Of a stretch of DNA of 64,000 nucleotides, positions 50,031-58,884 are shown piece by piece; position 1 is the stretch's first letter; every line of letters begins with the position of its first letter. The notes under the pieces were generated by a model. It was not told the origin of the DNA, searched no databases, and saw nothing but the letters and a program-made list of their open reading frames with translations. The position numbers and the translations under genes were made by a program. The stretch covers positions 2,756-66,755 of the forward strand of contig CASDXP010000005.1 in NCBI GenBank assembly GCA_949285455.1, in the 5' to 3' direction. The DNA is from an uncultured bacterium (GTDB lineage: Bacteria > Bacillota_I > Bacilli_A > RFN20 > CAG-826).

Positions 50031-50036
50031 TATAAT
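50031..50036 (+). promoter_or_regulatory. Candidate -10 element (TATAAT) for tRNA-His
   Basis: Perfect TATAAT ends 10 nt before the tRNA 5' end. No convincing -35 element. Confidence 0.35.
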
Positions 50037-50046
50037 ATTATTCACT

Positions 50047-50124
50047 GGCGAATGTGGTGAAGTGGTTAACACAACCGGCTGTGAACCGGTCATTTCGCGG
50101 GTTCAACTCCCGTCGTTCGCCCCA
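50047..50124 (+). tRNA. tRNA-His (anticodon GTG) with encoded G-1 and 3' CCA
   Basis: Cloverleaf folded by hand. 8-bp acceptor stem GGCGAATG/CGTTCGCC (G-1:C73, one G-U). Anticodon stem CCGG/CCGG with loop CTGTGAA. T-arm GCGGG-TTCAACT-CCCGT. CCA at 50122..50124. Confidence 0.8.
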
Positions 50125-50135
50125 AATAGTATATT

Positions 50136-50159
50136 ATCTAGGCTTTGCCTAGATTTTTA
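50136..50159. terminator. Bidirectional terminator (ATCTAGGC ttt GCCTAGAT + T-run) shared by tRNA-His and the convergent ATPase gene
   Basis: 8-bp perfect stem. T-run on the plus strand and A-run upstream (T-run for the minus strand). Confidence 0.65.
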
Positions 50160-50167
50160 TTAAAATT

Positions 50168-51463
50168 TTAGATACAAAACGCTGCGTAAAGAGGAATTGT
50201 TTTATTATCATCTTCAAAGGCAAAATTTTTACTCGATAGTTTGATAGCGTAAGCGGGCTTATAAGCATCCATATAAACTTTTAATCTTTTAGCTTTGCTA
50301 TTATCAGCGGATTTGACTTCGATGGGAATAAGTTTACCTTCACGTTGAATGATAAAATCTATTTCCGCTCCACGGTCGGATTCCCAATAGTAGGTGTTAT
50401 ATCCGTTGATGGAAAGTTGGACGTTAGCGTAGTTTTCAGCCATACCTCCTTTGAAGTCATTTAATTCCGGAGTCATATAAAAAATATCGTCAGGAGTTAA
50501 ATCTTTCTTCGCGGAAAGTAAACCTAAATCCGATACGTAAATCTTGAAGGCATCGATGTCACGATAATTTTCTAAAGGTTTTTTAATTTGTTCGACTTTA
50601 TAAACTTTCGATACGATACCAGTTAAACTAAGCCATTCGATAGCGTTTTCAAGCTCGGAAGCTCGACCGCCTTTTTTGACTAACTTATATTGAAAACGAG
50701 TATTTTTCTTAGAGAGTTGGACCGTAATGTTATCGTAGACGAGTCTAGTTTTTTTAATTTCATTTAAGTTGTTATATTTGCTCATATCATCAAGATAACT
50801 TGTAAGGATATTATCTTGCGTATGGCGTACAAGAATATAGTCTTTCGTCTCCACGAATTGTCTGACGCACTCTGGCATTCCACCTACGATGAGATATTGG
50901 CGGTAGAGTTCCATCGCCTTATTGTGAAGAGCGGAAGGCATAGGTGAATTAGTGTTAAAATACTTTTTAATTTGCGTTACAAGATCATCTTCTTTCATCG
51001 CGATCATAAATTCTTCCATGTCCATAGGATACATAGTTTTCATATCGACTTTACCGACGGGAAAAGAAAATTTTGAACGATTGACCGCCACACCCAAAAG
51101 ACTTCCAGCGACGATAATGTGATAATCAGGGGCCTCTTCGCAAAAATATTTTAATGAGGTCAAAGCTCTTTCACAAAGTTGTATCTCATCGAACACGATG
51201 AGCGTTTTTTCTTTGACGATCGTTTGCCCGGCAATATGAGATAAAATCGGTATCAAATATGTAGGGCTAATATTTTCTTCAAAAGTTTCATTTAGCTTGG
51301 GATTAGTTTCAAAATTAAAGTAGGCGACATTTTCATAATGGCTACGCCCAAACTCTAAAATAGAGTAGGTTTTACCTACTTGCCTCGCTCCTTGTAAAAT
51401 GAGAGGCTTACGATATTTGCTTTCTTTCCACGCTTCTAAAAAGTCGATGATTTTTCTATACAT
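50168..51463 (-). CDS. AAA+ ATPase with C-terminal DUF4143/PD-(D/E)xK-like domain (paralog of 3766..5124)
   Basis: 431-aa ORF. P-loop GARQVGKT, Walker B IVFDEIQ. C-terminal EIDFII..IEVKSA is a D..ExK motif. Confidence 0.65.
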   Translation of the reverse strand: MYRKIIDFLEAWKESKYRKPLILQGARQVGKTYSILEFGRSHYENVAYFNFETNPKLNETFEENISPTYLIPILSHIAGQTIVKEKTLIVFDEIQLCERALTSLKYFCEEAPDYHIIVAGSLLGVAVNRSKFSFPVGKVDMKTMYPMDMEEFMIAMKEDDLVTQIKKYFNTNSPMPSALHNKAMELYRQYLIVGGMPECVRQFVETKDYILVRHTQDNILTSYLDDMSKYNNLNEIKKTRLVYDNITVQLSKKNTRFQYKLVKKGGRASELENAIEWLSLTGIVSKVYKVEQIKKPLENYRDIDAFKIYVSDLGLLSAKKDLTPDDIFYMTPELNDFKGGMAENYANVQLSINGYNTYYWESDRGAEIDFIIQREGKLIPIEVKSADNSKAKRLKVYMDAYKPAYAIKLSSKNFAFEDDNKTIPLYAAFCI

Positions 51464-51826
51464 AATCTAGTTTCCTCGAATGTAATATAAAACATATTCG
51501 TGTAGAAATCAATGTTTTTTATTTCAGTTTTTACATTAAAATGCACGAATATTTTTAAAAATTATACATTATTTGACACGAATATTACATGGAATAATTA
51601 CTACACTTATAATTAAGTGTGTTAATCATAGTATTGTGTTTGTGTGATGATTTGAATAATCTTTTCAAAGTGCGTGAAGAAAATATAATGAGTTTATGAT
51701 CAAGAAAATTGATGTTGGTACTTTATAAAAACGATATCGATAAGTATTCTCATTATTAAAAATTAGTAAAGTTTAATCATTTATTTTTTAAAATATTATA
51801 TATTATAGTTAAATTAGATATGTAAA

Positions 51827-51894
51827 AGTTTTAGGAATGAAATCCAAAAACTTGTAAAAAAGAAGAAGTTTTAGGAATGTAATCCAAAAACTTG
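51827..51894. repeat. Two tandem 28-bp copies (40-bp period) of an imperfect palindrome AGTTTTAGGAATG[A/T]AATCCAAAAACTTG
   Basis: Copies at 51827..51854 and 51867..51894 differ at one position. Each has 10-bp arms AGTTTTAGGA/TCCAAAAACT with one mismatch. Lies 47-114 nt upstream of the ATPase gene at 51941, in the divergent intergenic region. Confidence 0.6.
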
Positions 51895-51940
51895 AAAAAA
51901 TAATTTATTTGATTATATTATTTATTAGGAGGGCAAAAGT

Positions 51941-53149
51941 GTGAAAATTGAGCGAAAAGATTATTTAGAAAAATTAATTGCACTTAAAGATAAGCATCTT
52001 ATCAAAATCATCACTGGCGTGCGTCGATGCGGTAAGTCGACATTGTTTGAAATTTATCAAGATTATCTTCTCACCCATGGCGTTTTAGAAGATCAAATCA
52101 TCAGCATCAATTTTGAAGATTACGATTACGAAGCTTTGAAGGAGCCTAAAAAACTATATGATTACATCAAAGATAGACTGATTGATGATAAGAAAATGTA
52201 CATATTTTTAGATGAAATTCAAAATGTGAAAGATTTTCATAAAGTCGTCGATAGTTTGTTCATTAATAAGAATGTTGATCTCTACATTACTGGCTCGAAT
52301 GCTTACTTGCTTTCGTCTGAGATTGCTACTTTAATTTCTGGGCGTTACATCGAAATAAAAATGTTACCTCTTTCATTTAAAGAATATGTTTCTAGTAGCG
52401 GTAGTGAAATTGATTTAGCAAATAAATATCGAAAATACATTGAATTTAGTTCTTTTCCTTACGTTTTAGAATTAGATGAAAATAAGGATATTATTAAAGA
52501 TTATTTAGAAGGCTTATTAAATACAATTGTTTTAAAAGATGTCGTTCAGAGAAATAAAATATCGAACATTTTACTATTCAAAAGTGTTTTACGTTTTATC
52601 TTTGATAATATTGGTTCTCAATTATCTAGTAAAAAGATTGCGGATACGTTAACCTCAAGCGGAAGAAAAGTGGATTCTAAGACGGTTGAAAAATATCTTC
52701 AAGCGTTGATGGAGTGTTACGTAATTTATCAAGCGAGTCGCTACAACATCAAAGGAAAAGAATACTTAAAAACACTAGATAAATATTATGTTGTGGATAT
52801 TGGCTTAAGATATTCTTTATTAGGCACGAGTTTTCGCGATAGCGGACATATATTAGAAAATGTCGTTTATTTAGAACTATTAAGAAGGGGACAAGAAGTT
52901 TATATTGGTAAAATTAACGATTTAGAAGTCGATTTTGTTGCGATGTCTAAAAACAACATGACTTACATCCAAGTAGCGGCTTCTATCAAAGATGAAAAAA
53001 CGTTAGAAAGAGAACTTATCCCATTAGAAAAAATTGATGATTCATATCCTAAATATATTTTGACGTTAGATGATGCGCCAGAGGCTAATTATAAAGGAAT
53101 TAAGATCGTCAATGCTTTGGATTGGTTACTAGGTAAAGTTTGGCCTTAA
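51941..53149 (+). CDS. AAA+ ATPase (AAA_14-like) with C-terminal DUF4143/PD-(D/E)xK-like domain, distinct subfamily
   Basis: 402-aa ORF. GTG start 7 nt after AGGAGGG. P-loop GVRRCGKST, Walker B IFLDEIQ. C-terminal DLEVDFV...IQVAAS. Confidence 0.65.
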   Translation: MKIERKDYLEKLIALKDKHLIKIITGVRRCGKSTLFEIYQDYLLTHGVLEDQIISINFEDYDYEALKEPKKLYDYIKDRLIDDKKMYIFLDEIQNVKDFHKVVDSLFINKNVDLYITGSNAYLLSSEIATLISGRYIEIKMLPLSFKEYVSSSGSEIDLANKYRKYIEFSSFPYVLELDENKDIIKDYLEGLLNTIVLKDVVQRNKISNILLFKSVLRFIFDNIGSQLSSKKIADTLTSSGRKVDSKTVEKYLQALMECYVIYQASRYNIKGKEYLKTLDKYYVVDIGLRYSLLGTSFRDSGHILENVVYLELLRRGQEVYIGKINDLEVDFVAMSKNNMTYIQVAASIKDEKTLERELIPLEKIDDSYPKYILTLDDAPEANYKGIKIVNALDWLLGKVWP

Positions 53150-53247
53150 TTAAGTCAAAAATATTATTAAAAAATTTATGAATTAAAATTCTAATTAAGG
53201 AAAATGGCAGCGATTTTACTTTTTGTTATACTTATAAAATGAAACAT

Positions 53248-53541
53248 TTATGCCTTTAAACACCCTATTGGGACAACTTTTATTCCATCTTCTCTTGTAT
53301 ATGCTATTTCTCCACCAGTGATGATCATGAGCAAATCTGGTTCTTTGATATTTTTGTTCTCGTTTTTTGCATTTGAAATTAGCTCTTTTAACTTTAAAAG
53401 ATGCTTTGCGCTTTCTTCAATTTGTTTATTACCTAATTTAAACTCAATCAAGGCGTAGCAGCCAACAATCAAAACTGCGCCAACACTATCTAGCATTTCT
53501 TCTAATATATTGTCTAAATATCTAGGGAAATATTGTTCCAT
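53248..53541 (-). CDS. Small PD-(D/E)xK-like protein (possible nuclease-domain remnant)
   Basis: 97-aa ORF. ..D-x13-IEFK.. (D..ExK-like) motif resembling the C-terminal domain of the neighbouring DUF4143 ATPases. No upstream ATPase part. Confidence 0.3.
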   Translation of the reverse strand: MEQYFPRYLDNILEEMLDSVGAVLIVGCYALIEFKLGNKQIEESAKHLLKLKELISNAKNENKNIKEPDLLMIITGGEIAYTREDGIKVVPIGCLKA

Positions 53542-53595
53542 TTTAAAAAATCACCCAACAAATTAACAACAAATTGATAATGAAAAGTTAACACA

Positions 53596-53657
53596 AATGT
53601 AGTTTTTTTCTGTAATTCAATGTAGTTTTTTTCTGTAATTCAATGTATATTTTTTCC
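53596..53657. repeat. Tandem direct repeat AATGTAGTTTTTTTCTGTAATTC x2 plus a partial third copy
   Basis: Perfect 23-bp units at 53596..53618 and 53619..53641, then a degenerate AATGTATATTTTTTCC. Lies upstream of the minus-strand ORF at 53541. Confidence 0.55.
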
Positions 53658-53756
53658 CATTTTAAGATTTTATTTAAAAATTTAGAAATATATCTATGAG
53701 TTTAAATATAATGTCTTGTTTGTAAGTTAAATCGCGTTTTATTTATAAGTAATTAA

Positions 53757-55169
53757 CTAAATATCTTTAATTAAATTCTTATTTTTCCAATTTCCTTTTT
53801 TCCAACGAATATAGAATGCGAGTGCGCGAATACATTCATCTAGACACGCACCGATGAAGGCACCATATATGCCTAGATTACAAACGATAGAAAGTAAAGC
53901 GCTTAACCCAACTGTAAAAAGCCAAGAAGTGGAAACGCTCATGATGACAGGAAAAGCAATGTCACCTGCAGTTTCTAAGCCTTTAACGTACACTAGATTT
54001 GTCGCTCTTCCTTGCTCTAATAAAACATTTATCGATAAACATATAAGTGCAGCGATACCGCAATATATCAAGCTCATTCCCTCGGTATTAATTGTTGGGT
54101 TATCGATAGCGGGAGCCATAATGGAAGTGAAGACAGGATAAGCGATAGCGAGAACAATTAAAGATAAGAAAAAAGAAATGAGACGCGACATACGTCCGAC
54201 ATCATAAACGATCTTATTTGCCGCTTCCTTATTATTTTCTCCAAGTAATGTTCCTTCTATGACTTGCATTGCAAGTCCTACTCCTTGTGCAAATAGATAA
54301 ATAATAGAAGTAAAAGTCATGATGTAAGTGCGAAGATTTTGATCGAGAACACTACAAGAATAATTAATGATGATCATCAAAACGAATTGAGAAAGATTAT
54401 AAGATAAAGTTTCTCCGGCGGTAGGAAGACCAATTTTTAATTGCCTTTTTAAAAGTAAAGAAGGGAAGGGCTTAAGTTCTTTTAAAGATATTTTGGTTTT
54501 AACTTTCACTTTAAAAAATATGTAAGAAATAATAAGCGATAAAAAGCGTGAGATAAAAGTAGCTAGACCTACCCCAATGATTTTTCCATCTAAATCTAAG
54601 TTTGGTATACCCCACAAGACAATTGCGACGATGATAATATTGATGACACCCATAAATATGGAAATAAGAGTTGGTTCAATCATTCTTTTATTCGCTCTTA
54701 AAAAATTAGAAAAAGCTTGATTTAAGGAATAAAAAATAAGTGATGGAGCGCTCACATATAAATATAACTTCGCATAAGGAATAATATTTATATCCACCTG
54801 CATCCAATCGAAAATAAATGGAGCAATAGCGATTAAAATAATAGCCACTAAAATGCCTAATATTAAGTTTAAGAAAATGGTTAACGGATAGATTTTTTTA
54901 ATGCCACTTTCATTATGTGCACCGCGAAGTTGAGCGATAAGAATAAGTGACGATGTAGCGAGGACGCTAAAAGAGACGATAAAAATATTTGATATTTGAT
55001 TCACTTGACCAATTGCGTTCGTGCCTTCAGGAAAAGAAGCGAACATGAATTGGTTAATATAACCAATGCCAACGGTTAAAATTAACTCGACGATGATAGG
55101 CAAGGCGAGTTTTAAGACATTTTTATTTTCTTTAAATAATTTGATGTAGTGAAAGCCATGCGTCTTCAT
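53757..55169 (-). CDS. MATE-family multidrug/oligosaccharidyl-lipid efflux transporter
   Basis: 470-aa ORF with 12 predicted TM helices in a two-lobe MATE-like arrangement. Confidence 0.75.
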   Translation of the reverse strand: MKTHGFHYIKLFKENKNVLKLALPIIVELILTVGIGYINQFMFASFPEGTNAIGQVNQISNIFIVSFSVLATSSLILIAQLRGAHNESGIKKIYPLTIFLNLILGILVAIILIAIAPFIFDWMQVDINIIPYAKLYLYVSAPSLIFYSLNQAFSNFLRANKRMIEPTLISIFMGVINIIIVAIVLWGIPNLDLDGKIIGVGLATFISRFLSLIISYIFFKVKVKTKISLKELKPFPSLLLKRQLKIGLPTAGETLSYNLSQFVLMIIINYSCSVLDQNLRTYIMTFTSIIYLFAQGVGLAMQVIEGTLLGENNKEAANKIVYDVGRMSRLISFFLSLIVLAIAYPVFTSIMAPAIDNPTINTEGMSLIYCGIAALICLSINVLLEQGRATNLVYVKGLETAGDIAFPVIMSVSTSWLFTVGLSALLSIVCNLGIYGAFIGACLDECIRALAFYIRWKKGNWKNKNLIKDI

Positions 55170-55414
55170 AGAATAAAGATTTTAGCAACATATTTTATAT
55201 TAGCAATAGCAAATATAAGAAAAAGTGAAAAAATATAATTGATAAATTCATCTATAACACGTTTTACAAAAAAGAAAAATTTAACCGCAAAAATATTTAA
55301 AAATAAAAGTTTTGCGATTTAACTAAAAATTAAAGTCCTTAAGATTAAATCATTTTCTTTTGCATAAATAAAAGATTAAGTTATATGTTCTAATTGTTGA
55401 AAGGAAGAAAAAAT

Positions 55415-56107
55415 ATGATTGAACGTGCTTTTGTTACTTGTCACATGTATGTTCCAATGGATGACAAAATTGAAACGGAAATCAAAGATTATCCTGATTG
55501 TGAAGTCGCTGGTGAAATTTATGATCAAATTACTTTTTCATCATCGAAGGCGTGGGGATGTGGAATAGCTACTTTTCAATATCTAAGTGACGAAGTAGCG
55601 TCTTTAGAAAGCTATGAACCTTACGCAGGTGAATTAAAAGATCACTTCATCAAAGATGAAATCTATTGTTTTGCTTTCGATAGATTAGGTAAATTATTTT
55701 TTAAAGATACTTATAATGATTACGCTAATAAGAAGTCACGTTTCGTTTCCGTTTTGACGCATAATGTCGATCGGCGTTTCATCACTTATTTAAATAAGAA
55801 AGGTATTTCATATATTTTTGCTGGTGAAAAAGATTTGGACTTACCCTTATTTTTAAAGAAAATCTACGATTTAGGAATAAAGCATTTTTATCTTTGCGGT
55901 GGGGCTCAAATAAATGCATTATTTATGGAACAAGATTTAATTGATGAAATTTCTTTAATAATCGCACCTGGAGTGCAAGGCGGAAGAAAAGAAGTGACGT
56001 TCGTAGGAACGGAGGACGTGTCTAAATTTCCTAAATACTTTAAAATAAAAGAAGTTAAAGTTTTAGATGGTGATACAGTTCATCTCATTTACGAAAGGAA
56101 GGATTAA
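55415..56107 (+). CDS. RibD C-terminal domain / dihydrofolate-reductase-like family protein
   Basis: ATG 55415 after AAAGGAAG. Rossmann-like ..HFYLCGGAQINALFMEQDLIDEISLIIAPGVQGG.. pattern of the RibD_C/DHFR-like family. Confidence 0.55.
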   Translation: MIERAFVTCHMYVPMDDKIETEIKDYPDCEVAGEIYDQITFSSSKAWGCGIATFQYLSDEVASLESYEPYAGELKDHFIKDEIYCFAFDRLGKLFFKDTYNDYANKKSRFVSVLTHNVDRRFITYLNKKGISYIFAGEKDLDLPLFLKKIYDLGIKHFYLCGGAQINALFMEQDLIDEISLIIAPGVQGGRKEVTFVGTEDVSKFPKYFKIKEVKVLDGDTVHLIYERKD

Positions 56108-56110
56108 CTT

Positions 56111-56575
56111 ATGAAAATTCTTATCACTTACGTCTCTTTTTCTGGCGTTACAAAAAAAGTTGCTTTACGTTTAAAAGAAATGTTAGGGGCGGATGAAGAA
56201 GAAATTGTTCCAAGCAAGGCTTATATTTTAGAAGATTTAAACTGGAACGATAAATATTCTCGCTCATCCATGGAGATGAACGATGAAAAATCTCGCCCTA
56301 GTTTTAAACCGTTAACATTAGACCCCTTAGCCTATGATGTTATCTTCATCGGCTATCCTATTTGGTGGTACGTCGAACCACGTCTCATCGATACATTTTT
56401 AGACTATTACGATTTAAAAAATAAAATAATTGTTCCTTTTGCCACAAGCGGGAGCAGTGGGATTGCTGGAAGTCTTACCCACCTGCGTAATTTATATCCA
56501 TCTTTAAATATCAAAGAAGGATTATTACTTAACGATTACATCGATGAAAATAAAATTAGAGCTTTGATGTCATGA
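56111..56575 (+). CDS. Flavodoxin-like protein
   Basis: 154-aa ORF. N-terminus MKILITYVSFSGVTKKVA is a flavodoxin FMN-binding loop. Confidence 0.55.
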   Translation: MKILITYVSFSGVTKKVALRLKEMLGADEEEIVPSKAYILEDLNWNDKYSRSSMEMNDEKSRPSFKPLTLDPLAYDVIFIGYPIWWYVEPRLIDTFLDYYDLKNKIIVPFATSGSSGIAGSLTHLRNLYPSLNIKEGLLLNDYIDENKIRALMS

Positions 56576-57000
56576 AAAAAATATTTGCTTTTGCCTTACT
56601 AAGCACTTTTGCTTTGATGAGTTGTTATAATGCGAATTTAAAAGAAGAAATGGTCATAGAAATTGCTGGTGAAAGAAGAACCTTAACCTTAGAAAATAAT
56701 GATAGCGTTAATGCATTAATTTCTTTAATATCCACGAACGACGGAAAATTAAGCCTCACTTTTAGCGATTATGGGGGCTTTGAAAAACTTACTAATCTTA
56801 ATACAACTCTTCCTTCAAATGACGTTAAAGTCGTCACTGAACCTGGCGACATCGTCTTATATCAAAGTTCACATTTAGTCATCTTCTATGGCTCTAATAG
56901 TTGGTCGTATACACGCATAGGAAAAATTGATGATACTTCGGACTTATCTTCATTTTTAAAAGAAGGGGAAGAAGTAAATATCGATTTTCTTTGCGTTTAG
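56572..57000 (+). CDS. Cyclophilin-like-fold lipoprotein (DUF-type, commonly paired with flavodoxin genes)
   Basis: 142-aa ORF. Lipobox LMSCY. ..IEIAGERRTLTLENNDSVNALISL..GDIVLYQSSHLVIFYGSNSWSYTRIGKID.. matches the cyclophilin-like family. 4-nt overlap with the flavodoxin gene. Confidence 0.5.
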   Translation: MKKIFAFALLSTFALMSCYNANLKEEMVIEIAGERRTLTLENNDSVNALISLISTNDGKLSLTFSDYGGFEKLTNLNTTLPSNDVKVVTEPGDIVLYQSSHLVIFYGSNSWSYTRIGKIDDTSDLSSFLKEGEEVNIDFLCV

Positions 57001-57069
57001 ATTTCAAGAAGAGAATTTATCGATATTTGTACTAAAAAATAAATTTAACTTGCCATATTTGAACAGTTA

Positions 57070-57819
57070 TTGTTTAATTTAGGTATGAAAGTCTTACCAA
57101 TTTTATTTTCATATGATGATATAAAAGATAAATATCCAAACGTTAATGGTTTCTATTCGTTTTTGAAGCGTTCGATAAAAAAAGGCACTATCAAGCAAGT
57201 TAAAAAAGGACTTTATGCTTTAATAGATCCATCTACTGGAAACATATATGCGACGAAGTTTCAAGTCGCTAGTGCTCTTTTTGATGATTCTTATTTTTCA
57301 TATCATGAAGCTTTGGAGTATTATGGCTTAGCATCGCAATCATTTATTTCACAATTTATTTATCTAAGTAAAAATCACGCAAACGATTTTGAATTTGAAG
57401 ACGTTATTTACCATTCAAAAATAAGTCGATGCAATTTAGAAATTGAAGATCATATGAAGGAAAATGCTATAAGAGTAGTGTCTTTAGAACGTGCGATAGT
57501 GGATTCAATCGACAATTTTCATTTAAGTGGTGGGCTAGAAGAAGTGGAACTTGCGTTAGATAGTTGTCCTAAACTTGATACTCGAAGAGTGATGTCACTT
57601 CTAAAATTTTATGATAAAATTTTCCTATATCAAAAAGTAGGCTATCTATTCGAAAAACATTTTGGTGACGCTATCCCGCGATCATTCTACGAAGAATGTT
57701 CATCTAAAATAGGCACTAAAAAAGTGTATTTAGAGTGTGCGCCTGGAAAATCAAAATTTATATCCAAATGGAATTTATTTATTGAAGACAAAGGAGAAAC
57801 ACCTAATGAATTATTCTAA
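57070..57819 (+). CDS. AbiEi-like antitoxin (second copy)
   Basis: 249-aa ORF. ..VKKGLYALID..YFSYHEALEYYGL.. parallels the AbiEi at 25236. Overlaps the downstream nucleotidyltransferase pseudogene by 14 nt. Confidence 0.55.
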   Translation: MFNLGMKVLPILFSYDDIKDKYPNVNGFYSFLKRSIKKGTIKQVKKGLYALIDPSTGNIYATKFQVASALFDDSYFSYHEALEYYGLASQSFISQFIYLSKNHANDFEFEDVIYHSKISRCNLEIEDHMKENAIRVVSLERAIVDSIDNFHLSGGLEEVELALDSCPKLDTRRVMSLLKFYDKIFLYQKVGYLFEKHFGDAIPRSFYEECSSKIGTKKVYLECAPGKSKFISKWNLFIEDKGETPNELF

Positions 57820-58747
57820 AATTTACGTAAGTGAAATTTCAAAGAGAACAGGATTCATTGCAAGTAACGTCGAAAAAGCGATCCGACTCCTCGACGTTCT
57901 AGATTTTATTTTTAATAAAAGTAGTTTTTGCGATGCTCTCACCCTCAAGGGAGGCACGGCAATTAATCTCATATACACTAATTTAAAGCGTCTTTCTGTG
58001 GATATTGATTTGGATTACCATCGTTATTTAGAGAAAGAAAAAGTCGAAAAAGATAGACAACTTATCATTGGAGAACTTGATGAGTATATGAAAAAAGAAG
58101 GCTATTTTGCTAAGTCTGTTAGAGATAGCGCAATTTCATCATCTAGAATTTAGGCGTACTTAAACACCTTTGGAAACAATGACAATATAAAAGTGGAAAT
58201 TAATTTTATTAATCGAATTAGCCTTTATCCTACTATTACAACCATCGTTAATTATTTTAATAAAGAAGTGCGCGTTAATGTATTAAGAAAAGAAGAATTG
58301 TACGGAATGAAAATTGCCGCTTTGATTGATAGAAGTAAGCCAAGAGATTTATTTGATATTGCTTATCTAATCGATAATTTAAAAGATGTAGACATGTGTA
58401 TTCTTGCAAAAGCAGCTATTTTTTATCTCTCGCTAGACGGCATTTATACTATCGACAATTCAATTTGTGATGGAATCAAAAGCATAACTTATCAAGCGGT
58501 AAAAAAAGAATTATTGCCGGTATTAAAAAAAGGTGAAAGATTCGATGTTGTTATTGTTAAGGAAAAAGTTATAAAAAATGTTTGTTCCCTATTAACTAAG
58601 AATCAAGACAACTTATCTTATTTAAAAGAATTTTCCGAAGGAAATTTTAACCCATACATATTATTTGATAGTAAGCTGCTAATAGAGCAACAAAACATCC
58701 CATGGCTCAATGGAAAATTTCAAATATTAAATAATTATCCAAATTAG
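57806..58747 (+). pseudogene. AbiEii-like nucleotidyltransferase interrupted by an in-frame TAG (58151..58153)
   Basis: ATG 57806 after AAGGAGA. N-terminal part carries the nucleotidyltransferase motif LKGGTAINLIY..RLSVDIDLDY. ORFs 57737..58153 and 58193..58747 are in the same frame, separated only by one TAG codon. Confidence 0.5.
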
Positions 58748-58835
58748 TATTAGATTAAAAAAATACTCATTTTAAACTTAGGGGAAAAGTTCCCTAACTT
58801 TTAAATAATAAATTATTTATAGATGAAATTTCATT

Positions 58836-58866
58836 AAAAATAGGAGCGGTTAACTCCTATTTTTTA
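58836..58866. terminator. Bidirectional terminator AATAGGAG cggttaa CTCCTATT flanked by A- and T-runs
   Basis: Perfect 8-bp stem. Serves the convergent AbiE remnant (+) and Mrp gene (-). Confidence 0.65.
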
Positions 58867-58884
58867 AATTCTTAGTGTTATAAG

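Noticed and set aside
50001-50036. Full sigma-A promoter for tRNA-His using TTGCTA as -35.
   Set aside because: Spacing from TTGCTA to TATAAT is about 24 nt, outside the 16-18 nt range. Only the -10 is listed, at low confidence.
53596-53657. Possible CRISPR array, considered for the tandem repeats at 53596..53657 and 51827..51894.
   Set aside because: Only 2-3 repeat units. At 53596 they are directly abutting with no spacers, and at 51827 there is a single 12-bp gap. No cas genes are in the window, so these are better explained as operator or regulatory repeats.
58151-58153. Stop-codon read-through or recoded TAG in the AbiEii-like gene.
   Set aside because: There is no evidence elsewhere in the window for TAG reassignment (secA ends in TAG). 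Pseudogenisation or a sequencing error is the more economical explanation.
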